DNA from: Bacteriovoracaceae bacterium
GTDB lineage: Bacteria > Bdellovibrionota > Bacteriovoracia > Bacteriovoracales > Bacteriovoracaceae
NCBI GenBank assembly: GCA_048270185.1
Contig: JBLWTJ010000002.1
Location: 224,001 to 288,000 of the forward strand
Reading direction: 5' to 3'
DNA length: 64,000 bases
Positions 8,571 through 17,661 of this stretch are shown here, piece by piece; within the stretch, counting starts at the first letter, position 1, and every line of letters starts with the position of its first letter. Position numbers and translations under genes: made by a program. Under the pieces are notes generated by a model. It worked only from the letters and a program-made list of their open reading frames with translations. It ran no database searches and was not told the DNA's origin.

Positions 8571-10151
8571 CTATTCTTCAATAACAAAAGTTGCAGTACC
8601 GTAATGAGAGTATGCTCTCGTCTCTTTTACTTCTTCAGTACTTTTATAATTAAACTTTCTTAGAAACTCACTTGTTTGTGTTGCACTTCCAAATAATGAA
8701 TTCGAAAGATCAAGCGCCATTGCAGCATACTTACAGTAAACAGATGGACAGTCTTTACTCTTAAGCATATCTGAGCCTACAGACGCCCCGTTTCTTCTTG
8801 CTTCAGGAAGAGTGATTGCAGGGTTAGAACGAACATATCCTGTAGAGATTTCTTCAATAGTCTTAGCAACAAAGTCATTCATTATTTTACTCTTTTCTTC
8901 TTTCGAAAAATTATCTCTTGGGTCTTCTGAGTAGAAATGTACTTCTAAATTACCAGCAATATTTGTCGTCTCTGATATTGAGTTAATTGACTTTGTCTTA
9001 AATAAGCCACCTTTTGTCGTATGCTTCTTTACTTTCTTATAAATCTCACTCTTGTTATAAATAAGTCTGTAGTTATTATTAACAGCAAGGTTATACTTAT
9101 ACATTGAGTTAACATTGAAAACAGCAGTTAAATCTTTGTTAGCTTTTTCACCTTTTAGTAGCATGCAAGATGATAGTGCTGAAATATTAACACTACCACT
9201 TAAAGACTCACCGAAAACAATACTTCTAAATCCTGGCGTAACCTCATTGTCTTGATCCATAATTCCTGGAATACTAATATCTTTTTCAATTTCAGAAACT
9301 AGACCACCGATATCGTTAACAGCAAACTGAATCGAGTTATCAACAGGCATTCTCTGAAGATTAATTCCTCTATTATAACGCTTGAATTCATTAAGAAGTT
9401 CATAATGTTTATTTTCAAGTATAACTTTTACTGTCCCACCATTACGTGATCTCATATCAGCGAGGTCAGCATTCATTTTTTTAAGTAATACTGAAATTAC
9501 ATCAAGAGTATTTGATTCACGTGTCGTTAGTTCTTCAACTTGCATTTTAGTTGCGACTAATTGCTCATTTAAGCTTGTTTCCGCTTCAAAGAGACCTTCA
9601 AGTTTTGCATTAACCTGTGCCATCGAACTTTCAATTTTCACAAGTGTATTTTCTAATTGCATTATATTGTAACGATTTAGATCCTCATTCTTTTTCAAAG
9701 CTACAATTTGAGTTTCAACTAGAACTTTCTTACCCTGAAGATCTATTTTCTTCTCTAGCAACTTAATACGAGACACAGTGTATTTCTGTAGACTTGTATT
9801 CGTACGAACAAGAGTTTGCATTAAAAGCTTTAATTGTCTTTTCTCATAAACAGAAAGCTCTGCACTATCTTGAATTTGATCAATCTCTTTACTGTATTGA
9901 TCTAACAATAAGTAAACACCTTCACACTCTGCTTCCGTTACGAGAGAATTGAATGCATCCACTCTCACAGTATTTGTTTTTGGGGGAAGAACATAGGCAG
10001 TCTTACAAGACTGATCCCAAAAATACCCCGTCGATCCTTTTGGTTCACGTATCTTTTGTGAATCACACTTCGTATACTTATTTGGAATATTGGCCAATAC
10101 TGGAGCAGATATTAAAAATGCTGCCACTGCCATCTTTTTACTAAAATTCAT
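8571..10151 (-). CDS. Secreted coiled-coil protein, paralog of 11187-12617
   Basis: Signal peptide; CKTAYVLPP motif; long heptad region; FGESLSGSVNISALSSC; GAGGTG RBS. Confidence 0.85.
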   Translation of the reverse strand: MNFSKKMAVAAFLISAPVLANIPNKYTKCDSQKIREPKGSTGYFWDQSCKTAYVLPPKTNTVRVDAFNSLVTEAECEGVYLLLDQYSKEIDQIQDSAELSVYEKRQLKLLMQTLVRTNTSLQKYTVSRIKLLEKKIDLQGKKVLVETQIVALKKNEDLNRYNIMQLENTLVKIESSMAQVNAKLEGLFEAETSLNEQLVATKMQVEELTTRESNTLDVISVLLKKMNADLADMRSRNGGTVKVILENKHYELLNEFKRYNRGINLQRMPVDNSIQFAVNDIGGLVSEIEKDISIPGIMDQDNEVTPGFRSIVFGESLSGSVNISALSSCMLLKGEKANKDLTAVFNVNSMYKYNLAVNNNYRLIYNKSEIYKKVKKHTTKGGLFKTKSINSISETTNIAGNLEVHFYSEDPRDNFSKEEKSKIMNDFVAKTIEEISTGYVRSNPAITLPEARRNGASVGSDMLKSKDCPSVYCKYAAMALDLSNSLFGSATQTSEFLRKFNYKSTEEVKETRAYSHYGTATFVIEE

Positions 10152-11187
10152 AACTCACCTCTCCTATTTCAACTTTATTTATAATTGTTTTAAATTTGAT
10201 TCCCATTCCAGGAGTAACTTTTTTATCTGAGTACTTTCTAACTACTGATTCGATAAAACTTGGAGTTAAATCATTGAATCCAAATTTTCCATTCTGCTCA
10301 AAAAAGCTCCTATAGAAATCGAGTCTTCCTTTCTCTCCAAAACGATTAAGTATATCTCCTTTGAATAGAGCTCTTTCGCCTTTCATCATTTCAGCAGTTT
10401 TAAAGCCTGCCTCAAACATATTTTTTGGAGATGTTAGTTCATTTAGTTTCTTAAGTTTATTTCCATAAGACTCAACATCTTCAGACTTAATCCAATCTGT
10501 AACAACTGTTTGACTAAAGTGCTTCCCGCTAACATTGAATGCTAACTCAACATCTTTTTCAGCAATGTCACAGGCTAATTCAAAAAGAGAAGTATCAAAT
10601 TGAACTTTTCCTATTTTTAAATCATCAGCAGTTCTTGCATAAAAGTAATCTTCATCAAATCTCTTAAGATATACATTTAAGTAACTCTCAGGAAATAATT
10701 TCAGAATCGCACTATTCTTCACTTCAACATCAAAGAAAGATTCATTAAAACTAACCTGATTATTAATCCTCGAAAGAACAGATTCCGGATTAACGTTTAC
10801 ACTTAAAGCAAGTCTCTTCAAGAACCCGACAGAAGCGAAGCGTTCTCCATATGGATAAATAACCACTTTATTCTTTCCTAGTTCATAAGAGTTTGTTTCT
10901 CCAGAAAGAGTAAAAGGTTCTAAAATCTCACGACGAATTTGTGCAAATTCTTTCGCATCCATTTTAGATACATCTCTAAATCTTAGCTCCTTCTTATAAA
11001 GACCTTTAATTTTTCGACATAACTTCTTTTCTAGTGTAATGCTATCAACTACAATTTTCGATTCATACTCATTAGCAAACTCTAGATTTAAATTATTATT
11101 ATGATCTTTTTTAAATTCATAACCATCGACACTGATCACATTGGCAATTGCCGCTAGGTTCAGAAGAGTTAATAAAAGTGCTCTCAT
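10141..11187 (-). CDS. Secreted hypothetical protein
   Basis: Short signal MRALLLTLLNLAAIA; overlaps both neighbouring genes. Confidence 0.82.
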   Translation of the reverse strand: MRALLLTLLNLAAIANVISVDGYEFKKDHNNNLNLEFANEYESKIVVDSITLEKKLCRKIKGLYKKELRFRDVSKMDAKEFAQIRREILEPFTLSGETNSYELGKNKVVIYPYGERFASVGFLKRLALSVNVNPESVLSRINNQVSFNESFFDVEVKNSAILKLFPESYLNVYLKRFDEDYFYARTADDLKIGKVQFDTSLFELACDIAEKDVELAFNVSGKHFSQTVVTDWIKSEDVESYGNKLKKLNELTSPKNMFEAGFKTAEMMKGERALFKGDILNRFGEKGRLDFYRSFFEQNGKFGFNDLTPSFIESVVRKYSDKKVTPGMGIKFKTIINKVEIGEVSYEF

Positions 11188-12617
11188 TATTTACTCTCCT
11201 TTACAAATCCCATCGTTGTAATTCTAAGAACAGTTTTAATAAGCTCTGATTTCTCATTATATGAGTAAGCAAAATTCTTCGCACTTGTTTGAATTAACTC
11301 CCCTCTACCTTCGACTGCAACTTTCACAGTATAGCTTTGGTCCCAACACTTACGACTTTTTCTAAAAAAACTTCTCTTTGTACGACAAATTCTCTGAGTT
11401 CTCGTTTGCTTAATATGTGGATCATTTGGAATATCAAGATCTTTAATAATAAGCTTACTATCTGTTGGTGTGGCAATTGTTGAGATTAGCTTTAAAACGA
11501 TATCATCTAGAATTAAGCCTTTTAAATCTTGAATCTCTTCGTATAGTTCACCCGACGTTCCTGCTGAATCTTCATCCTGGATCGTAATATCAATTGACTG
11601 ATCTAAATTTGAACTTTCAAAAAGATCAACAACTTCTGAAACCTTAAATGTATTCTTTGTTTTAGTTAGTTTATTTAATTCATTTATTACTTTATCGACT
11701 TTTACTTTTACCGAGTACTTCTTACTCAACTCTACTGGATACCATATTGTTGAGTTAGCAACCAAGTAAGTTGATAAATTTGAATTAAGCGCCTCTCTCT
11801 TAGCGCTATCTAATGTAAACGCTTCACCATTTTTCTTCTTTAGAATATTTACGATAGGACACACACCAGACATATTAAGTTGAATAAATCCTGTTAAACT
11901 CTCTCCCATTGCAAAAGTGTTCTCACTTTCAGCTGCAGCATAACCAATTCTTTCAGAAATATTTTCAAGACTTGAAAGCTTTACTCCTGGTACATTAAAA
12001 GAATGAAGAGCACCTGTACTACTAAGTCCAATTAAGTCATCTTCTGACTTTAGTCTCACACTTAGAGCATTTGCAACAAGAGGCATCTTCTTAATTGTAA
12101 GCCCTCGGCCAGTGTTTGCTTCACGGTATGCATTTACTAGTTCAGTCCACTCGTGTTCAAAGTGTGCCTTACCTTCAAAGATAACCATCTTAGAAAATTG
12201 ATCCTTCTCCATCTTTGCTTGAGGCAAGGCCTTATTTATATAAGTAAGAATATTCATTTCAGAATCAGTTAGAGTTGCAATACGAGATTCTAAATCACGT
12301 TGTGTTTCAACAAGATTCTTCACGCGATTAAGTGATGTCGTATAAGAAGAACATAAGTTACTTTCTGCAAGAATATTATATGAGTCAAAACGAGCAATCC
12401 CATTTCTTGGAGGTAAGACAAATACTGTCTTACATGACTTATCTGTTAAGTAATCAGAAGAGTGAGATGCCACTGCTCCACCTGCACCAGGTTTTACAAT
12501 TGCCAGATTACATTCTTCAGTATTTCCCTCATAAGGAAAGTTTGCAAAACCAAATTGCCCAATAACTAAAGAACTTAGAAGCAGGCCTTTCTTTAAAAAT
12601 TCATAATAAGTATTCAT
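11187..12617 (-). CDS. Secreted coiled-coil protein, paralog of 8571-10151
   Basis: Signal peptide; CKTVFVLPP; MGESLTGFIQLNMSGVCP; GGGAGA RBS. Confidence 0.85.
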   Translation of the reverse strand: MNTYYEFLKKGLLLSSLVIGQFGFANFPYEGNTEECNLAIVKPGAGGAVASHSSDYLTDKSCKTVFVLPPRNGIARFDSYNILAESNLCSSYTTSLNRVKNLVETQRDLESRIATLTDSEMNILTYINKALPQAKMEKDQFSKMVIFEGKAHFEHEWTELVNAYREANTGRGLTIKKMPLVANALSVRLKSEDDLIGLSSTGALHSFNVPGVKLSSLENISERIGYAAAESENTFAMGESLTGFIQLNMSGVCPIVNILKKKNGEAFTLDSAKREALNSNLSTYLVANSTIWYPVELSKKYSVKVKVDKVINELNKLTKTKNTFKVSEVVDLFESSNLDQSIDITIQDEDSAGTSGELYEEIQDLKGLILDDIVLKLISTIATPTDSKLIIKDLDIPNDPHIKQTRTQRICRTKRSFFRKSRKCWDQSYTVKVAVEGRGELIQTSAKNFAYSYNEKSELIKTVLRITTMGFVKESK

Positions 12618-12669
12618 ATTTATCTCCCTAGCAATTATTTGCTCTCATTTATTTAGTGACTTGTTAAAA

Positions 12670-12685
12670 GCAGGGAGTGTGCCAA
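12670..12685 (-). promoter_or_regulatory. sigma54 (-24/-12) promoter for the leftward operon
   Basis: Minus strand TTGGCACACTCCCTGC = GG-N10-GC, about 50 nt upstream of ATG 12617. Confidence 0.8.
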
Positions 12686-12735
12686 TTTTTTAATTAGTTA
12701 AATGATTGAAACTATGTAAGTTTGAATCTCAAGCC

Positions 12736-12784
12736 AGTCCTTTTCAGACCAAATAAGTCCAAAATAATCTAGTCGACCAAGACT
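12736..12784. promoter_or_regulatory. Candidate enhancer (UAS) region between divergent sigma54 promoters
   Basis: AGTC-N7-GACC (12736-12750), AGTC (12756-12759), AGTC-N6-GACT (12771-12784). Confidence 0.45.
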
Positions 12785-12820
12785 GATTATGTAATTTTAA
12801 TAGTTTAGAACATTTCTTTC

Positions 12821-12836
12821 TTGGCACTCAGATTGA
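12821..12836 (+). promoter_or_regulatory. sigma54 (-24/-12) promoter for the rightward operon
   Basis: TTGGCACTCAGATTGA = TGGCAC-N5-TTGA (GA variant at -12), about 40 nt upstream of ATG 12879. Confidence 0.7.
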
Positions 12837-12878
12837 ATAGATAAGCTTACTAATTATGATTAATTCGAGGAGAAAGAT

Positions 12879-13757
12879 ATGAAGACTAAATTTATGAGTA
12901 TATTATTGGCCACAAGTTGCCTCTTAGTACTAGGCCAAGTTCATGCTATAACTTTCACAAAAACTGAGGCTAGAAAAGTTTGTAAAGAGATAAGAGATAG
13001 CCAGATCAGTCAGACATCACAGTGTAATTCTGATGTAAATACTAACTACAATATCATTGAAGAACTTACTAAAAGCTACCTTCATGGCCTTGACCTTTTA
13101 GATGAACGACAAAAAGAGGCCCTCCAATACCTAGAGTATAACTCACAGGCCCAAGGTGAATATCTTGAATTATCAAAGTCGAAAATTGAACTAACGGATC
13201 AGTTAAAAGGCCTTGAGGAAAATATTCAATCAACTTTTGAGTACTATAACAAGTTGATTGAAGGTATTTCACCAAACTTCTCTAATCGCTATGCCACAGA
13301 ACTTCTACAACAATATTCAAAAGAGAAGAAAACAAGAGTAAGCCGCCTAGAGAGCGAAAGAGAATCTCTAAGTTCTCGCCTTACTTCAATTAGAGAAAGG
13401 CTTGCACAACTTAATATTGAACTTGCTCCATATCGTGAAATTATCAATCAATACAACTTACAGATAAGTGAAATAAAGTCACAAACTCAGCAAATTCTAA
13501 AAAGACTTGAAGAAAATAAACAAACAAATAGGAGTCATGATACGACAGGATTCATTGGAAGATCCCTATTTGACTTTGGCCATGGAGATGACTTTGATAT
13601 GCAAGCATGTATAAGTTTGCATATGTCTCTTAACAAGTTACCTGAGTTTGATTTACCACGTCTGCCTAATATACCAAGAGGCCCTTGGGGAACAGATGGA
13701 CCTGGCATCAATAACCCTTATGTGAAATCTTTACAAAAAGAATCATATTCTAGGTAG
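12879..13757 (+). CDS. Secreted long coiled-coil protein with Pro/Gly-rich tail
   Basis: Signal ending QVHA; heptad-rich core; tail LPRLPNIPRGPWGTDGPG; GAGGAG RBS. Confidence 0.85.
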   Translation: MKTKFMSILLATSCLLVLGQVHAITFTKTEARKVCKEIRDSQISQTSQCNSDVNTNYNIIEELTKSYLHGLDLLDERQKEALQYLEYNSQAQGEYLELSKSKIELTDQLKGLEENIQSTFEYYNKLIEGISPNFSNRYATELLQQYSKEKKTRVSRLESERESLSSRLTSIRERLAQLNIELAPYREIINQYNLQISEIKSQTQQILKRLEENKQTNRSHDTTGFIGRSLFDFGHGDDFDMQACISLHMSLNKLPEFDLPRLPNIPRGPWGTDGPGINNPYVKSLQKESYSR

Positions 13758-13836
13758 TTAGAGATGACGTGAGAAAAAAGAAATTCAAACGATTATTAAT
13801 TTATGATAACAATAATTAAAATTTAATGAGGGATAT

Positions 13837-14247
13837 ATGAAAGATAAAACAATTATCGGACTAGCAATTCTAACAGCAACTTTTGGAGCTCATGCGCAAG
13901 ATGCTGATACACAGAATAAAGATGATAAGTCTAAAGACTTAAAACAAATCTATACCCAACAAGAAGACTTAACAGTTGATGAAGAAGTCGAAATTAAAAT
14001 TCTCGAGCACCTTGAAGAGCAAGGTATCTTAATTGAAGACCTTACAATCCAAGAGATTGAAGAACTTCAGATCCTAATGAAGAAAATTGTACTTAGAGAT
14101 CGCTTGCTAATAAATTCAAGTATTCGTTGTATGATAAGCCCAGATGCTGCAAGCACTAATATTAGATGTCTTAGTGCAGAAAGAAAACTCGAAGAGAAAT
14201 TAAAAGAGCAGCTAAATCAAATCAATCAAAGCTTTAACCGCCGCTAA
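13837..14247 (+). CDS. Secreted small protein, candidate YcaO substrate/precursor
   Basis: Signal ending GAHA, acidic helical region, then NSSIRCMISPDAASTNIRCLSA; lies 9 nt upstream of the YcaO gene. Confidence 0.6.
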   Translation: MKDKTIIGLAILTATFGAHAQDADTQNKDDKSKDLKQIYTQQEDLTVDEEVEIKILEHLEEQGILIEDLTIQEIEELQILMKKIVLRDRLLINSSIRCMISPDAASTNIRCLSAERKLEEKLKEQLNQINQSFNRR

Positions 14248-14256
14248 TTAGTATTA

Positions 14257-15426
14257 ATGAAAATATTAAATCAAAGAGAGTCTCTTGATGGCCTTGTCGA
14301 CAGATTTGCAATCCAAGGCCAGGCTCTTTCTGATGATACAATTCTCAATATAAAAGAATTCCTAAATAACAATACCGATAGACTTACAATTGAAAGAGTT
14401 ATTTCGGATTTAATACCTCACGACTACTATCTGACACGAACATCATGTTACTATCATGGTACACAAATAAATGGTTTTTCACTCTCACATAAAGAAGAGC
14501 CTCACAAATCACTGCTTGAAGCCTATGAGAGGTACTTATTTTTAAACTTAGCTCTACTTGCAGATATTAATAATGAATCAAACAATGCATCTTCATACCT
14601 AAAATTGCTTAATGTTGAATCGATGGATCTCTCAAAGACGAATGTCATCAATTTAAACTCGCTAGAGGAAGTTAGTCTTGAACGCTATTTACTTGGTCTT
14701 CAATCAAATTTCTCATCCTTTACTTCAAATGGATGTGCAGTACATACATCAGTACTAAACTCAACCAAGGCATCGATCTTCGAATTATTAGAAAACCATA
14801 TCATTCAAGAGCATATCATGCTTGATATAGCACCAGTTGAAGTCCATGTAGACGAGCTTATCCCCACTTCAATTTCAGCGAAACTTAATGAGCATGGATT
14901 TGAGATAAAGACCCTTTGCTTTACAAATGGCCAATGGCCTACTTTTTTAACGTTCATTCTTAATAAAGACTTAACAGGTCCCTATCTATTCTACGGCATT
15001 GGCTGCCATGAAGATTTAGATCAAGGTTTACAAAAATCAATTAGAGAAGCTTTCATGTGTTGGTGTATCGAGCTTCCTCAGATTAGCGCATTAGATGAAG
15101 TCGACTTAGGACACGATATCTCTAAGTCATCAAAATTCTATCATTATCAAAATAGTGAAGTCATGCAAAAGGCATGGTTTGGTATGCCTATTAAAAGTAT
15201 TGAAGAGATTAAACTTCAATACCCAACCCAAAAGTTAGCGGCCGTTATTAAAGAAATGGACTTTTTAATTCTGCCAATTCTGGCCCAAGGAGAAAAAGGA
15301 CAAACCATTGTTTTTACAAAGGTTTTTTCTTGTAAAAATCACCCAAAATCCTACTCAACTCCCCCCTATCTACGAATTCATGATACATTAAATAATATTG
15401 ATAAATTAAAAAATTACCCTTTCTAA
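14257..15426 (+). CDS. YcaO-family protein (divergent)
   Basis: KSLLEAYERY; TSNGCAVH...SIFELLENH; YGIGCHEDLDQGLQKSIREA; C-terminus ...YPF. Confidence 0.8.
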   Translation: MKILNQRESLDGLVDRFAIQGQALSDDTILNIKEFLNNNTDRLTIERVISDLIPHDYYLTRTSCYYHGTQINGFSLSHKEEPHKSLLEAYERYLFLNLALLADINNESNNASSYLKLLNVESMDLSKTNVINLNSLEEVSLERYLLGLQSNFSSFTSNGCAVHTSVLNSTKASIFELLENHIIQEHIMLDIAPVEVHVDELIPTSISAKLNEHGFEIKTLCFTNGQWPTFLTFILNKDLTGPYLFYGIGCHEDLDQGLQKSIREAFMCWCIELPQISALDEVDLGHDISKSSKFYHYQNSEVMQKAWFGMPIKSIEEIKLQYPTQKLAAVIKEMDFLILPILAQGEKGQTIVFTKVFSCKNHPKSYSTPPYLRIHDTLNNIDKLKNYPF

Positions 15427-16272
15427 GTGAGAGATATGAAAGTTGGAAGTATATTAAAGTATAGCAACACAGAGCTATCCTTAGTTGAAAAATTACCTTC
15501 TGGTTTAAATAAGCTAGTATGGTCTAAGGACACTCAGCTACTGATCTTTGACCAAGAAGACAATTATCTTCTACTGAATCCAAGAGAAGTTTCTGGTATG
15601 AGACTTTTTATTGAAGGTCAAAAAACGACACTAATTAAACTATTAAAAGACCAAACTCTTTGCTATCTCATTCAAGGTATTGCTAAAAGCTTCCAATGTC
15701 GATTTATACAAATCCAATCAGAGCAGCTTGATTTAAAAGATCACCTTGATAATGGCTTCTACTTTTCAAATATTATATTAAAAAAAGATTTATCTAAACC
15801 AATCGAAGAAATCAGTTCATCACTAATTGAGAGAAAACTCGATAAAAAATATCAAAATGAGTATGCTTTAAATGAATTTATGACGAGAGTGTCAATTCCA
15901 GGTGGAACACATTACAAGGATGATTTCTACACACTGATTAAGGCAGAGTATAAGGAACTAATCGAACTCGATATCGATGGACTAGACTTTATTGAGTATT
16001 CTTTAAAGGAATATGGCCATGATACATATTATATATGGATGATTAACCACCATACCAAAACTGCTCTACGATGTTTTTCATGGGTGGCACCAAAACTTAG
16101 AGGACAAAGTATATCGAGTCGTGCAAATGAAGAAATCAATAAGAGCTTATATGCTAAAGGCGTTAAGCAATGTCTATCATTTACATCTTTCACAAATATA
16201 GCACAGGTAAGAAGTAGTTTAAAAGCTGGCTACAAGTTAGACCGAATTGTTATTTTAAAAGAGGTTAACTAA
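15427..16272 (+). CDS. Protein with C-terminal GNAT acetyltransferase-like domain
   Basis: Motif A WVAPKLRGQSIS and motif B NIAQVRSSLKAGY. Confidence 0.65.
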   Translation: MRDMKVGSILKYSNTELSLVEKLPSGLNKLVWSKDTQLLIFDQEDNYLLLNPREVSGMRLFIEGQKTTLIKLLKDQTLCYLIQGIAKSFQCRFIQIQSEQLDLKDHLDNGFYFSNIILKKDLSKPIEEISSSLIERKLDKKYQNEYALNEFMTRVSIPGGTHYKDDFYTLIKAEYKELIELDIDGLDFIEYSLKEYGHDTYYIWMINHHTKTALRCFSWVAPKLRGQSISSRANEEINKSLYAKGVKQCLSFTSFTNIAQVRSSLKAGYKLDRIVILKEVN

Positions 16273-17660
16273 TGAGTCGTTTAATTCTATCAACTTTACT
16301 CATTCTTATTTCAATTAATACTCTTTCTAAAGATATCTACTTAAAAAGTGATATTAAAATTACCGGATTTGACCCAGCAACCCTAAAGTATGCAGAGGAA
16401 TGGGAGTTATCCCCAACTGTATATGAGACACTAATTAAACCAATTGCCTCAGAAGGTTTCCTTAGGCCTTCTCTTGCTGAAAGTTGGAAATACAAGAGCG
16501 GAACACTAAAGTTCAACCTTAGAAAAGAAACAAGATTTTCTAACGGTGACCCAATCAATGCCAAGGCAGTTAAAGAGTCATTCCTACGTTACTTACTACT
16601 TGATAAGAACAAGGAATCTATTCTTTACAATTGTTTAAAAGAGGCAAAGAATATTAAATCAATCACTGAATCTCATCCTTCTATTACGATTCAATCGGAA
16701 TATAATATTTCTTTTAAAATTAAAGAAGACTGTAAGGATACTTTTCTAAAAGAGATCGCTCAACCGATATACGGTATTGTCTACACAAAGAACTTAAAAA
16801 AGGACCTTTCATTAACTACTCCTTCGATTGTATCAGGAGCTTTTAACTATAAATTAAATAACGATGATCTTATCCTGTATCGTAACAGCAATAACTGGGC
16901 ATGGTTTGAGAATAAATCCAAATTACAAAAGATTATTGTCTCAAAGAATAGAAGTAAGAATACGAATGTTTTAAGAACAGGCTCTATTGAAGTATTCAAT
17001 GAACTGCAAGAGTCAAATCAAGATTTCATTCTTAGTCTTCCAAATATCACTTGGTATCTAACATACGAATGTAAGAACGATTGTGACCTAAAGAAATCAA
17101 TAATAGATGAACTAAAATATAATCTACCAAAAATCATTAAAGAAAAGAGCTATTCAAATGTTTTCAATACACCAGCAGATTCTTTCTTTCCAGCAAGTTT
17201 TAACTGCCCATCAAAAGAGGTTAAAAAGGTTGCTATAAAGAAAAAGGGAATATGTCTTAAACTTGACTACGGATCGAGAAGAACAAATGAAGCTGTCATG
17301 GGATTCACTGATAAAGCATTAAATGATCTCGGTTATAAAACTAATAACTGTGAGAATCCAAAGGTTTTCAAAATATACCCACAATTTCTCCATGATGAGA
17401 TTATACCAACATTAGATTTCTTGGCCAATACAGTCATGTCAATCAACAATATTGTAGAGATCAACAAGTATCTTCCAAATCAAAACAATAAAGTTACCTA
17501 CAATCGAGGAAGGCTATGCACAGAGTTCAGTAAGTTAAACTTTACTCCACTCTATCACTCACGCATTGCTTTTTTCTATTCAGATAAACCACTAAAGAAA
17601 ATATTCTTTAAAAGCGGTGGATATATTAGTTTAATTGATCTGCCATTTGTTGAGTTTTAA
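16272..17660 (+). CDS. Family-5 (oligopeptide/nickel type) ABC substrate-binding protein, no adjacent permease
   Basis: Signal peptide; FDPA...VYETL...PSLAESW...FNLRKETRFSNGDPINAKAVKES. Confidence 0.82.
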   Translation: MSRLILSTLLILISINTLSKDIYLKSDIKITGFDPATLKYAEEWELSPTVYETLIKPIASEGFLRPSLAESWKYKSGTLKFNLRKETRFSNGDPINAKAVKESFLRYLLLDKNKESILYNCLKEAKNIKSITESHPSITIQSEYNISFKIKEDCKDTFLKEIAQPIYGIVYTKNLKKDLSLTTPSIVSGAFNYKLNNDDLILYRNSNNWAWFENKSKLQKIIVSKNRSKNTNVLRTGSIEVFNELQESNQDFILSLPNITWYLTYECKNDCDLKKSIIDELKYNLPKIIKEKSYSNVFNTPADSFFPASFNCPSKEVKKVAIKKKGICLKLDYGSRRTNEAVMGFTDKALNDLGYKTNNCENPKVFKIYPQFLHDEIIPTLDFLANTVMSINNIVEINKYLPNQNNKVTYNRGRLCTEFSKLNFTPLYHSRIAFFYSDKPLKKIFFKSGGYISLIDLPFVEF

Positions 17661-17661
17661 T

